The notes under the pieces were generated by a model. That model had not been told where the DNA came from. It saw nothing but the letters and a program-made list of their open reading frames with translations, and ran no database searches. The position numbers and the translations under genes were made by a program. A DNA stretch of 32,000 bases from Candidatus Saccharimonadota bacterium (GTDB lineage Bacteria; Patescibacteriota; Saccharimonadia; Saccharimonadales; Saccharimonadaceae), in contig DIRZ01000003.1 of the NCBI GenBank assembly GCA_002421785.1, positions 210,001-242,000 on the forward strand. The letters run 5' to 3'. Of the stretch, positions 1 through 8,271 are shown one piece after another; the stretch's first letter is position 1, and the number at the start of each line of letters is the position of its first letter.

Positions 1-532
1 TATAGTTTTCCAGACTGAATTTGCTGTCAACCGGAAGAATCTGGCCCTTATCAAGAAATATCACCGCATCGGCTATGTCGCCATTTGAAAACTTGTACTG
101 CATTTGAAACTGCGTCGTAGATAACACATTCTCGAGCACACTCTGCAAGTAGTATTCGCCAAACACGCCACGCTGTTTCGGGTTGCTCAGCACGTTCTGC
201 AGTGTTTTCAGCTCATCGGCGACATCAACTACTCTTCGGTTTGTTTCATCAAGCTTCGCAAGACGCTGAGTCACATCCGCAACAAGCTTAGCGCTTTCGC
301 TCAATTGTTTTTGAACCGAAGTCTGTACGCTCAAGCTACTTCGTTCCAGTTTATCGCCCATAGACTGCTGTAACATGGCAATAGTCCGAGAAAGCTCAGT
401 CACGTCGCTCTTCATCATGTCCACCGAGCTATGCTGTTTGAGCTCGTTGAGTTTCTGAGTGAGAATATACATGATAGCTCCCAGACCAAAAACGAGCAGT
501 AAGAGTACGATAATAAGCAATGTTTGTTCCAT
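1..532 (-). CDS. rmuC: DNA recombination protein RmuC, N-terminal part (continues beyond window start)
   Basis: Manual minus-strand translation from ATG at 532..530 gives MEQTLLIIVLLLLVFGLGAIMY (TM anchor), a long coiled-coil-like stretch, then NPKQRGVFGEYYLQSVLENVL...PVDSKFSLENY. This resembles the conserved RmuC core. It is absent from the ORF track because the window edge cuts it. Confidence 0.7.
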   Translation of the reverse strand, partial: MEQTLLIIVLLLLVFGLGAIMYILTQKLNELKQHSSVDMMKSDVTELSRTIAMLQQSMGDKLERSSLSVQTSVQKQLSESAKLVADVTQRLAKLDETNRRVVDVADELKTLQNVLSNPKQRGVFGEYYLQSVLENVLSTTQFQMQYKFSNGDIADAVIFLDKGQILPVDSKFSLENY

Positions 533-570
533 ATGCTTATTGTAGCATTGTAACCAGAAGGGCCTACACG

Positions 571-1074
571 CTAGGCAACAAGCACATAACGGATCGCAAC
601 AATAAGCACGATAACAACGACAATCGCCAGGATGAAGGAGCGTAGCCGGCTAGCCCATGAAAACAACCCGTAAGCCAGTCCGAAAATTACTGCCAAGATT
701 GCGACGAACCAGTACCACGCAAGGCCACTAAGCATAGCGCTCACACCCCATAACGCAATCGTTGCTGCAATGACAATCAGAAGCGGACGATACACGCGTA
801 GTCGAGCAAGCGCAACAACCCCCGCTATCGCGCCGACAATCATTGCGACAATCGCGGCATAATGAGGCGCTTGGCCGCACTCGGCGCTAGATTGCGGGCG
901 ACACAGGACAACACCAAACACAAACGTATTCATAAGGTATGATACCAGCGCAACAAGCAAACCCACTCCTACGCCTACAGCAATCGTTGCCATAAGCTCT
1001 CGCCCCGGCATAGATACAATCGGCGATACACGCGCAACAGACCCTGATTCATCACCAACTACTTCTCTATTCAT
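571..1074 (-). CDS. polytopic membrane protein, unknown function
   Basis: The track ORF is 571..1089. I prefer the internal ATG at 1074, which is preceded by gggag 5 nt upstream. The protein is very hydrophobic with several predicted TM segments. Confidence 0.5.
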   Translation of the reverse strand: MNREVVGDESGSVARVSPIVSMPGRELMATIAVGVGVGLLVALVSYLMNTFVFGVVLCRPQSSAECGQAPHYAAIVAMIVGAIAGVVALARLRVYRPLLIVIAATIALWGVSAMLSGLAWYWFVAILAVIFGLAYGLFSWASRLRSFILAIVVVIVLIVAIRYVLVA

Positions 1075-1108
1075 TACAACTCCCTGCAAACTAATTGTAT
1101 GTATTGTA

Positions 1109-1606
1109 CTATTTTTTTGCTTTTTTAGCTAGTCTCGGCGCAAGCTTAGTTTTTGCATAGGGCAAGTACCAAGCAGCTCCGAGCACGGCAAAACCGAGAC
1201 CTGCCATAACATCGAGTGGCGTGTGCACCTGCGCGAGGACACGTCCAATCGCGACAAGAACCGTCATTACGGCAAGAATGACAGCGTACTTTGAATTGCG
1301 AGTTGCAAACCACACCGCGAGCGTTAAAAAGCCCGCAAACAACGTATGGTCAGAGGGAAAGCCAGGGTTATCGAGGTACGCCGCGCCAGCTTGCACACCC
1401 AGTTGCTCAAAAGGGCGCAATTCTTGCGGCTGCCAAACCGCCGACACAAACTTAGCGAGCATATATGAAGTGATCCCTGCCATTAGCACACGCGTGTAAA
1501 TATCGTAGCGATGCGCGCCCGGTACTCTCATTAGTAACGCGTATGCCGCCAACAGTACAATGGGAAGCATCATTCCATCCGCAATTAATCGTATAAGGGT
1601 TTCCAT
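1109..1606 (-). CDS. PAP2-family lipid phosphate phosphatase (undecaprenyl-diphosphatase / phosphatidic acid phosphatase-like)
   Basis: Membrane protein carrying PAP2 motifs PSDHT and GRVLAQVHTPLDV (SRxxxxxHxxxD-like). Confidence 0.65.
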   Translation of the reverse strand: METLIRLIADGMMLPIVLLAAYALLMRVPGAHRYDIYTRVLMAGITSYMLAKFVSAVWQPQELRPFEQLGVQAGAAYLDNPGFPSDHTLFAGFLTLAVWFATRNSKYAVILAVMTVLVAIGRVLAQVHTPLDVMAGLGFAVLGAAWYLPYAKTKLAPRLAKKAKK

Positions 1607-1618
1607 AGCATTAGTATA

Positions 1619-2077
1619 CTACTTTTTTGCACGAGCTTTTTTTATTGAATTTACTCCAAACATATCCATAATGACATCAGCAACCTTTTCGGGCATAGAC
1701 TCGTCAACTTCTGCTCGCCGTGCTGCAACGAGCTTTCTTCGAACTAACTGTTGGTTCTTCGCCTGCTCAGGTGGCCTGCTGATAGCCGGTTGCGGCTTCG
1801 AGGCCTGGGTTACACGCTTTGGCGTCGCCATCACCACCGGCTTGTTGTCATCGAGCAACTCTTTCAGATACGACCTTGGTCTTTCGGGCACATCCGCAAC
1901 TTGCTCAAGTATGCCGTCATGCTGCTGAATTTCCGGGGGGCAACTGCCGGGTTGTTTTGTGGTGCAAAATTTTGCCATCGGGCACCCCTCACAGAGCGCT
2001 ACCGCTCGTGCTGCCATTGAAGGAAGCGCCTTCGCCGCGGGAACGCCCATCTCGTGCGCCATTACTCGTTCACTCAT
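1619..2077 (-). CDS. hypothetical protein with N-terminal Cys cluster, distal gene of the nrd operon
   Basis: Its ATG overlaps the stop of the upstream FNR-like gene (ATGA at 2074-2077). It has a CEGCPMAKFC...SCPP cysteine cluster and a basic C-terminus. No family recognised. Confidence 0.45.
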   Translation of the reverse strand: MSERVMAHEMGVPAAKALPSMAARAVALCEGCPMAKFCTTKQPGSCPPEIQQHDGILEQVADVPERPRSYLKELLDDNKPVVMATPKRVTQASKPQPAISRPPEQAKNQQLVRRKLVAARRAEVDESMPEKVADVIMDMFGVNSIKKARAKK

Positions 2078-2763
2078 TCAAAAAACGTCTCCGTGCTAAT
2101 ACGTTCAGCGGCGATACCATGCGTCATCAACTCCTTCCAGATGTCACGGACGAAACTCACCGACCCACAGACCAAATATATCGCCTCTTCTTCTGCTGCC
2201 TGCAAACATTTCTCGATATCAATTCTACCGCGCGACATTAGAGCTGGCACCTCTTGCTGCCGAGTAATGTGATGACGCACCCGTAGGCTCGTTGCGTCTG
2301 ACGCCTCGGCAAGTTCATCGAGGAATGCAACGTCATCAACCGTTTTATTGCTATAAAAGAGCTGAGCGACGCGCTGGGCGTCATGCTGATACTCATGCTT
2401 AATAACGCTCCATAGCGGAGCGATTCCGACACCCGCACCGATGCATACCAATGGCTTCGTTGTCATAGGGTTAAAGTGCCCGTATGCGTCCGAAATCGTG
2501 AATGTGTTTCCCGCGGCAAGACCGTGCAAACGCCCACTATACTCACCAATTTTTTTTACCGTTATGCTCATCAGGGGTTCTGAGGGGGCGCTACTTAGGC
2601 TATACGCCTTCCCCTCTGGCGTTGACGTTGCATCAAAATACACAGTGATGTATTGGCCTGCAGCATAGGGCAAGACTGAACCGTCTTGTAGGCAAAAGTA
2701 CAGCGTCACCACGTCATGTGATTGACGCTGTACTCTTACGATGCGAGCCTGGTGTCGACGCAT
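2074..2763 (-). CDS. FNR-family FAD/NAD(P)-binding oxidoreductase (flavodoxin/ferredoxin reductase-like)
   Basis: FAD motif KAYSLSS (RxYS-type), NAD(P) motif GAGVGIAP, and C-terminal CGSVSF. I chose the start at ATG 2763 (M31 of the track ORF) because it sits one nt after the nrdG stop (2765-2767). The longer track ORF would overlap nrdG. Confidence 0.7.
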   Translation of the reverse strand: MRRHQARIVRVQRQSHDVVTLYFCLQDGSVLPYAAGQYITVYFDATSTPEGKAYSLSSAPSEPLMSITVKKIGEYSGRLHGLAAGNTFTISDAYGHFNPMTTKPLVCIGAGVGIAPLWSVIKHEYQHDAQRVAQLFYSNKTVDDVAFLDELAEASDATSLRVRHHITRQQEVPALMSRGRIDIEKCLQAAEEEAIYLVCGSVSFVRDIWKELMTHGIAAERISTETFFE

Positions 2764-2764
2764 A

Positions 2765-3451
2765 TTAGTGCACCACGCATTCCGCAACATATCGTTGCAT
2801 GATACGCCTGGCGGCATCCATCTCATCCGTCGTGAAGCTTGACGCACCCGCAAACTGCGTACTAACAGTTCGTCCGGCTACAAATTTTTGTAATGCATAA
2901 CGCTGGGCGCCCTTAACCAATTTACCGATACCTGTAAAATCGCTCACCTCAAGCTGCCCCGCAACAATGGTCGTTCTGAATTCATGGGGAACCGATTTGA
3001 TAATCCGAATGCTCTCCTGTATCGCATCTGTGTCGATGGGACGAGCTGCGATTTGTTGATACTTTTCGAGGGGCCCCTTAATGTCCATCGCAATGAAGTC
3101 TACCAATTGTTCGGTAATCAGCTTCTGCACCATACCCGGATTTGTGCCATTTGTATCTAACTTGACCCGGAGCCCCATAGCTTTAATCTTCGCGATAAAT
3201 TGCGGCAGATCCGCCTGCATTGTTGGTTCTCCGCCACTGATCGCCACCCCGTCGAGCTTGCCTACACGCGTTGCCAAAAACTCCAGTATCTCATGTTCAG
3301 GAATCGTATCAGCAAGCTGCTCCGGCAGCACAAGCTCTGGGTTGTGGCAGTAGCCGCAGCGCATATTGCAGCCAATCGTAAAGATACTAGCAACCACATA
3401 GCCGGGATAATCGACCGTACTAAACTTTACAATGCCGCCTATCGCTACCAT
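2765..3451 (-). CDS. nrdG: anaerobic ribonucleoside-triphosphate reductase activating protein (radical SAM)
   Basis: Radical-SAM CNMRCGYCHN motif close to the N-terminus (MVAIGGIVKFSTVDYPG...). The ATG at 3451 lies immediately after the nrdD stop (3453-3455). The 5' extension in the track ORF overlaps nrdD and was rejected. Confidence 0.85.
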   Translation of the reverse strand: MVAIGGIVKFSTVDYPGYVVASIFTIGCNMRCGYCHNPELVLPEQLADTIPEHEILEFLATRVGKLDGVAISGGEPTMQADLPQFIAKIKAMGLRVKLDTNGTNPGMVQKLITEQLVDFIAMDIKGPLEKYQQIAARPIDTDAIQESIRIIKSVPHEFRTTIVAGQLEVSDFTGIGKLVKGAQRYALQKFVAGRTVSTQFAGASSFTTDEMDAARRIMQRYVAECVVH

Positions 3452-3452
3452 A

Positions 3453-5549
3453 CTATCCTGCAACTTTGTCGTAGGTTTCACGCATAGCAAATTCTGCTTG
3501 CTTGCCCTTGTTCCACTGCTGTACTGGCCGCAAGAACCCGACCACACGCGAATACACCTCACATGGTTCGCCACATGTTGCACATGTTGCATTTTCGCCA
3601 GCCATGTAGCCATGATTCTTACACACACTAAAGCTCGGGCTAAAAGTAAAGTATGGCAACTTGTAGTTTTTACAAATCGTCTTTACAAGTCCCTTGAGTG
3701 CCTTGGCGTCCGCCATACGCTCGCCTAGGAAGAAGTGAATGACCGTTCCACCCGTATACTTTGTTTGCAACTCGTCCTGCAGGTCGAGCAGCTCAAACAA
3801 ATCATCGGTGTAATTTACCGGGAGGTGTGTGCTGTTGGTGTAAAATGGATGGTCAACCTGAGCGCCCAAACCATTCGCAAAATGCGCAGTTTTCGGATAA
3901 TCCTTTTTGTCGATTTGCGCCAAGCGGTAGGTAGTCCCTTCAGCCGGAGTTGCTTCGAGGTTATAATTGTTTCCTGTCTCTTTTTGGAATTCCAGCAGTG
4001 TGTCGCGCATATAATCAAGCGTTCGCTCAGCAAACTCCCTACCCTCGGGGCTTCCTATGTCGGCGCCAATTAGGTTAAGAGCGGCTTCATTCATGCCGAT
4101 TAGCCCAATGGTACTAAAGTGGTTCTTCCAGTACTGATTGAAGCGCTTCTTAATATCACGCAGGTAAAATTTTGTGTAAGGGTAAAGATTCGCATCTGTG
4201 AGTCGCTCTAGCGTCTTTCGCTTCACCTCAAGCGAATCCTTTGCTTTTTCCATCAGGTACGCGAGGCCAGCGCGAAACTCTGCCTCATCCTTGCTTTTAA
4301 GTGCAAGCCTAGGCAGGTTAATCGTTACGACGCCCACGCTTCCGGTCATCGGGTTACTTCCGAACAACCCACCACCACGATACTCGAGCTGACGATTATC
4401 GATACGCAACCGACAACACATACTTCGCGCATCTTCGGGGCTCATGTCGCTGTTCACAAAATTACTAAAGTACGGAATGCCATACTTGGCACTTGCTTCC
4501 CATAGATTTTCAATCACTGGATTATCCCAGTTGAAGTCAGGGGTAATGTTATAGGTTGGAATAGGGAACGTAAAGACTCGCCCATTCGCATCGCCCTCAC
4601 AGAGCACTTCAAGTAGCGCTTTGTTAAATATATCCATTTGCTTCTGGTGGTCATCGTAGTTCGTGTCAGCAATGTTGCCACCGATGATAACCGGTGTTCC
4701 CGCCATGTGCTTTGGACACTCGAGGTCGAGAGTGATGTTTGTGAACGGCGTCTGGAAACCAACTCGCGTTGGAACGTTAACATTAAACACGAACTCTTGT
4801 AGCGCTTGCTTTACTTCTTTGTAGGTAAGCTTATCGTAAGAAATAAATGGCGCGAGCAGTGTATCGAAGTTACTAAACGCCTGTGCACCAGCCGCCTCTC
4901 CTTGTAGGGTATAAAAGAAGTTAACCACTTGCCCGAGTGCTGTGCGGAAGTGCTTGGCAGGCCGGCTTGCCACTTTATTAGGCACACCAGTAAAGCCTTC
5001 GCGCAGGACGTCTGTTAGGTCCCATCCGACACAGTAGACACTAACAAGATTCAGGTCATGAATGTGCATGTCACCCTGCTTGTGCAGGCGACCAATTTCG
5101 GGGGTGTAGATTTTATTAAGCCAGTAGGTCTTGCTTACCTCGCTGCTCACATAGTTATTCAGACCTTGCAGGCTATAGTCCATATTGCTATTTTCGTTAA
5201 CGCGCCAATCGAGGCGCGACAAGTACTGGTCAATAAGATCTACATGTGTTGCATCAGAGATTTCACGAATCTTCTTGTGCTGATCACGATAAATAATATA
5301 TGCTTTTGCCGTCGCCTTATAGCGGCTATCAAGCAACACTTCTTCGACGATATCCTGAATTTGTTCAACCGTAGGCACTTTAGCGGCAATCTCTTTTTCT
5401 GCACGAGCGACTACCTGACCGGCCAATTTGCCTGCCTCGGTTTCCGCTAGTTCACCCGAGTCTAAGCCAGCACGCTCAATAGCGCTCATAATCTTTTGCT
5501 CGGTAAACTTAACGATTCTTCCGTCTCGTTTCTTAATCTTTGTATACAT
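3453..5549 (-). CDS. nrdD: anaerobic (class III) ribonucleoside-triphosphate reductase
   Basis: 698 aa. N-terminal ATP-cone (KIKKRDGRIVKFTEQKI), a C-terminal Cys-rich Zn site (CKNHGY...CATCGEPC) and a glycyl-radical motif (RVVGFLRPVQQWNKGK). Confidence 0.95.
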   Translation of the reverse strand: MYTKIKKRDGRIVKFTEQKIMSAIERAGLDSGELAETEAGKLAGQVVARAEKEIAAKVPTVEQIQDIVEEVLLDSRYKATAKAYIIYRDQHKKIREISDATHVDLIDQYLSRLDWRVNENSNMDYSLQGLNNYVSSEVSKTYWLNKIYTPEIGRLHKQGDMHIHDLNLVSVYCVGWDLTDVLREGFTGVPNKVASRPAKHFRTALGQVVNFFYTLQGEAAGAQAFSNFDTLLAPFISYDKLTYKEVKQALQEFVFNVNVPTRVGFQTPFTNITLDLECPKHMAGTPVIIGGNIADTNYDDHQKQMDIFNKALLEVLCEGDANGRVFTFPIPTYNITPDFNWDNPVIENLWEASAKYGIPYFSNFVNSDMSPEDARSMCCRLRIDNRQLEYRGGGLFGSNPMTGSVGVVTINLPRLALKSKDEAEFRAGLAYLMEKAKDSLEVKRKTLERLTDANLYPYTKFYLRDIKKRFNQYWKNHFSTIGLIGMNEAALNLIGADIGSPEGREFAERTLDYMRDTLLEFQKETGNNYNLEATPAEGTTYRLAQIDKKDYPKTAHFANGLGAQVDHPFYTNSTHLPVNYTDDLFELLDLQDELQTKYTGGTVIHFFLGERMADAKALKGLVKTICKNYKLPYFTFSPSFSVCKNHGYMAGENATCATCGEPCEVYSRVVGFLRPVQQWNKGKQAEFAMRETYDKVAG

Positions 5550-5678
5550 ATACCCTCCTACGATTACAAGTTCCGCGGAGCATCAAAAAAGACACAGGCG
5601 TGTCGTTCTGGGCGCGCGAATAATGATTGATATTGTTGGTGTTGATGATGCCGCATGACCTCCCAGCCGGCGACTGTG

Positions 5679-5694
5679 ACACTACATATAGTGC
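5679..5694. promoter_or_regulatory. candidate NrdR box (operator) in nrdD leader
   Basis: acactacatatagtgc matches the published NrdR-box consensus acaCwAtATaTwGtgt at 14 of 16 positions. It lies just downstream of the predicted -10 of the nrdD promoter. Confidence 0.45.
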
Positions 5695-5702
5695 TTACCC
5701 TC

Positions 5703-5731
5703 AATATAATCCTGTACCGCTAGTGCGTCAA
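5703..5731 (-). promoter_or_regulatory. candidate sigma70 promoter of nrdD operon
   Basis: On the minus strand: TTGACG (5731..5726), a 17-nt spacer, then TATATT (5708..5703). Confidence 0.45.
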
Positions 5732-5818
5732 CACTTGAAATTTCACATTTTTAGTATTGTGACACTAGCACTAGCGGCACATTTATATCGTAATACACTA
5801 GTCATAGCGTGTCACAGT

Positions 5819-5847
5819 AAAAACCGCCCCATAACGAGGCGGTTTTT
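5819..5847. terminator. bidirectional rho-independent terminator
   Basis: aaaaaccgcc-ccataacga-ggcggttttt: a GC stem flanked by an A-run and a T-run, directly downstream of the 5861..6226 gene. Confidence 0.7.
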
Positions 5848-5860
5848 ACACTAAGACTGC

Positions 5861-6226
5861 TTACGCAAACCGCGTTGCTCTCATCATGACATATGAATCG
5901 ATCCGCGTGCGGCTCCATCCGCGTGCAAGTAACTCGCTACGCAAATAACCAAGTAAGGCAATGCGAAAATCCCGCTTACTGAGCAGGCCACAATGCTGAA
6001 TTACCTCCTCGAACGTCATCTTCTTTGTTAATTGTTTGAATTCGTGTGGTGTGAGGCCGAGAATCTCTGACCTTAGCTCCCCTTTTCGATCGTGGGTTGC
6101 TAGCAGTTTATCGAACTGTGATTCGCGACGTTTTTTGGGGATGCTGATTTGGCTAAGGCCAGGTACTGCAGCGGCTACTGCTGTTACGACCAGCAGGCTC
6201 GCTACCGTCTTTGTCGATAGCTTCAT
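5861..6226 (-). CDS. secreted/exported hypothetical protein
   Basis: N-terminal signal-peptide-like MKLSTKTVASLLVVTAVAAAVPG. A gaggag RBS lies upstream. No family recognised. Confidence 0.5.
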   Translation of the reverse strand: MKLSTKTVASLLVVTAVAAAVPGLSQISIPKKRRESQFDKLLATHDRKGELRSEILGLTPHEFKQLTKKMTFEEVIQHCGLLSKRDFRIALLGYLRSELLARGWSRTRIDSYVMMRATRFA

Positions 6227-6345
6227 ATTTATCTCCTCTCATTTATGTTGCATGAGCACCTGTTTCCGCTCATGCTCATACTATATCGCGTGAAAAGACG
6301 TGAAAATAAAGTAGTTTTTGCAACAAGCAAAGCGAACAATCTTTG

Positions 6346-7086
6346 CTATGCGTGTTTTACGAAGAGGACACGATCTTCATTAATGTCATCGACTGCGTGT
6401 ACGAACTCATCGCTAAGCGTATTAGGAAGTCCGCGCGTAGCATTTCGTACAGATCTTTTGCCCATTATCTGCGTAAAACCTGCGGTCATTGCGGTGTTAT
6501 ACATTGCACTCCTGCGACTAGTCCTCTGGAGAACGTCCAGCCCTCGATCATGCGCAAAGTTAAGGCGTCTCTGAATAAATTGATCACTGTAGTGGCGCCC
6601 ACGATACTGGGGCAAAATACCAGTCTCCGAAAGATAGTAGAATGGCCCATGGAGCCCTACAGATGCTAGTGCTTGCGTCACCTTCGCGCGAGTTGAAATC
6701 ATTTCCGCCGACTCGCCTGCGTATTTGGCCGCCAAGAATTCGTCAATCGAAGCGTATGAGTAGCCCCAGCTAAAACCAGCAATTCCCTCATCACCTTCTA
6801 GCAAATAAAATGCTGCGTCAGGTTTTTCCGACTCTGTCTTGATATGCTCAACTGTTTCATCTAACGGATATGCTGGAGTACGCACTGTCGCGTGAATATC
6901 GCACAGTGACCCAACCGGTTGATCTGAAAACCCGTCTTCATGCTGGCAGCGAGAAACCTCTTTCCATGGTTCACCCGCAAACACATCAGCATACGTAACC
7001 GCCAGCCTTGAAAGTTCATCTCCTACAAAGCGTGGTGGTTCACCTTCAATTCGTCGTATAGTAGCAGGTACTTCTAATTTTGACAT
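6346..7086 (-). CDS. GNAT-like acetyltransferase (tentative)
   Basis: The SETGILPQYRGRHYSDQF segment resembles GNAT motif A (Q/RxxGxG/A). The start is 3 nt after the M20 gene stop. Confidence 0.45.
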   Translation of the reverse strand: MSKLEVPATIRRIEGEPPRFVGDELSRLAVTYADVFAGEPWKEVSRCQHEDGFSDQPVGSLCDIHATVRTPAYPLDETVEHIKTESEKPDAAFYLLEGDEGIAGFSWGYSYASIDEFLAAKYAGESAEMISTRAKVTQALASVGLHGPFYYLSETGILPQYRGRHYSDQFIQRRLNFAHDRGLDVLQRTSRRSAMYNTAMTAGFTQIMGKRSVRNATRGLPNTLSDEFVHAVDDINEDRVLFVKHA

Positions 7087-7089
7087 TCT

Positions 7090-8271
7090 CTATTTCTCCG
7101 CAAAAAAGTTATTAATCAGTATTTTATATAACTCCATCGCCTTGTCAAGGTCTTCAAGTGGAGTATACTCATTCGCGCCATGCCTGTTTACACCACCCGC
7201 GCCAATCACGTATGTTGGAGTATCGACTACTTCACATAGCATTTGCACGTCGATAAACCCGATGTACTGTGGGTCGGCAGGTTCCCACGCTATGCCAGCC
7301 TGGCTATACCCCTTTTCTATAAACGACGTCCACGACGAATCGAAAGAGCCGAGCCACGCACCTAGATCATGCTTCACAGCTAGCTTCTTTACTTCAAGCC
7401 CACGTGCGAGGAGTCTTTCTTGAATTATTCTTGTGGCTTCTTCACCATTAAATCGCGGCGTTGCGGGGCGGAACTCCACAATACAGTCAGCATAGTTAGG
7501 AATAACGTTCCCGGCTTTTTGCATTTGCTCGGGGTTATCGACATCTTCAACTGCACCGGCACGCATATAGGCAACGTTCATCGTTGTTTTTCCAAGCGAA
7601 TCGCTGCCATATTCGGGAAGCAGGCTCTCTACTTCACGTAGTGCGTCGGTTAAATGAGTAATCACATTGATACCGTTCGCCGGATTGCTCGCGTGACCAC
7701 TCTTTCCGATTACTTCCATGTCTATTTTCAAAAGCCCGCGACAGCCACTCAGTACGCTTAGGCCGCCGTCTAGTGAGATGATGAGCTCAGGTTGGTTGGC
7801 CTTCGTATAGAGCTTATCGCGCAGTAGTTGATACATTCCCGCAAAACTGTACTCCTCATCTAAATACAGAAGTACGGCGGTCTCATCGAGTAACGATGTA
7901 TCTACCTGCTGTAACGCAATAAGTAATGATGCGATAGAGCCCTTCATATCCGCGATACCCAGGCCATACATAGCGCCGCTTTTGACAACCGGGTCAAGTG
8001 GACTTGTATCCCAGCCATCACTTGGCATGACAGTGTCGACATGTCCTACAAATAGAAGTCTCGTCGGCTTCTTCCCTGTCAGATATAAGTTGCTGCGCGA
8101 CTCGCCCTCGAGTACGCTCCTTTTACACTCATACGTAGGCAATTTTTCCTTTACGTAGGCTTCAAGAAAGTCGATCACCTGCTGTTCATCATGACCGTCG
8201 CTCACATAGCTAGGTATCTCAACCAGCCTCTTTGCAAGCTCGCCTACTTCACTTAACACATCGCCGCTCAT
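7090..8271 (-). CDS. M20-family metallopeptidase/deacylase (ArgE/DapE/PepV-like)
   Basis: FVGHVDTVMP and GLGIADMKGS metal-binding motifs, 393 aa. Its ATG overlaps the hisS stop (8268-8271). Confidence 0.8.
   Translation of the reverse strand: MSGDVLSEVGELAKRLVEIPSYVSDGHDEQQVIDFLEAYVKEKLPTYECKRSVLEGESRSNLYLTGKKPTRLLFVGHVDTVMPSDGWDTSPLDPVVKSGAMYGLGIADMKGSIASLLIALQQVDTSLLDETAVLLYLDEEYSFAGMYQLLRDKLYTKANQPELIISLDGGLSVLSGCRGLLKIDMEVIGKSGHASNPANGINVITHLTDALREVESLLPEYGSDSLGKTTMNVAYMRAGAVEDVDNPEQMQKAGNVIPNYADCIVEFRPATPRFNGEEATRIIQERLLARGLEVKKLAVKHDLGAWLGSFDSSWTSFIEKGYSQAGIAWEPADPQYIGFIDVQMLCEVVDTPTYVIGAGGVNRHGANEYTPLEDLDKAMELYKILINNFFAEK

Noticed and set aside
2765-3628. Long form of nrdG (287 aa) overlapping the nrdD 3' end by about 175 nt
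   Set aside because: The N-terminal 59 residues are Cys/His/Arg-rich nonsense read from the nrdD antisense frame. The ATG at 3451 gives the canonical distance to the CxxxCxxC motif and abuts the nrdD stop.
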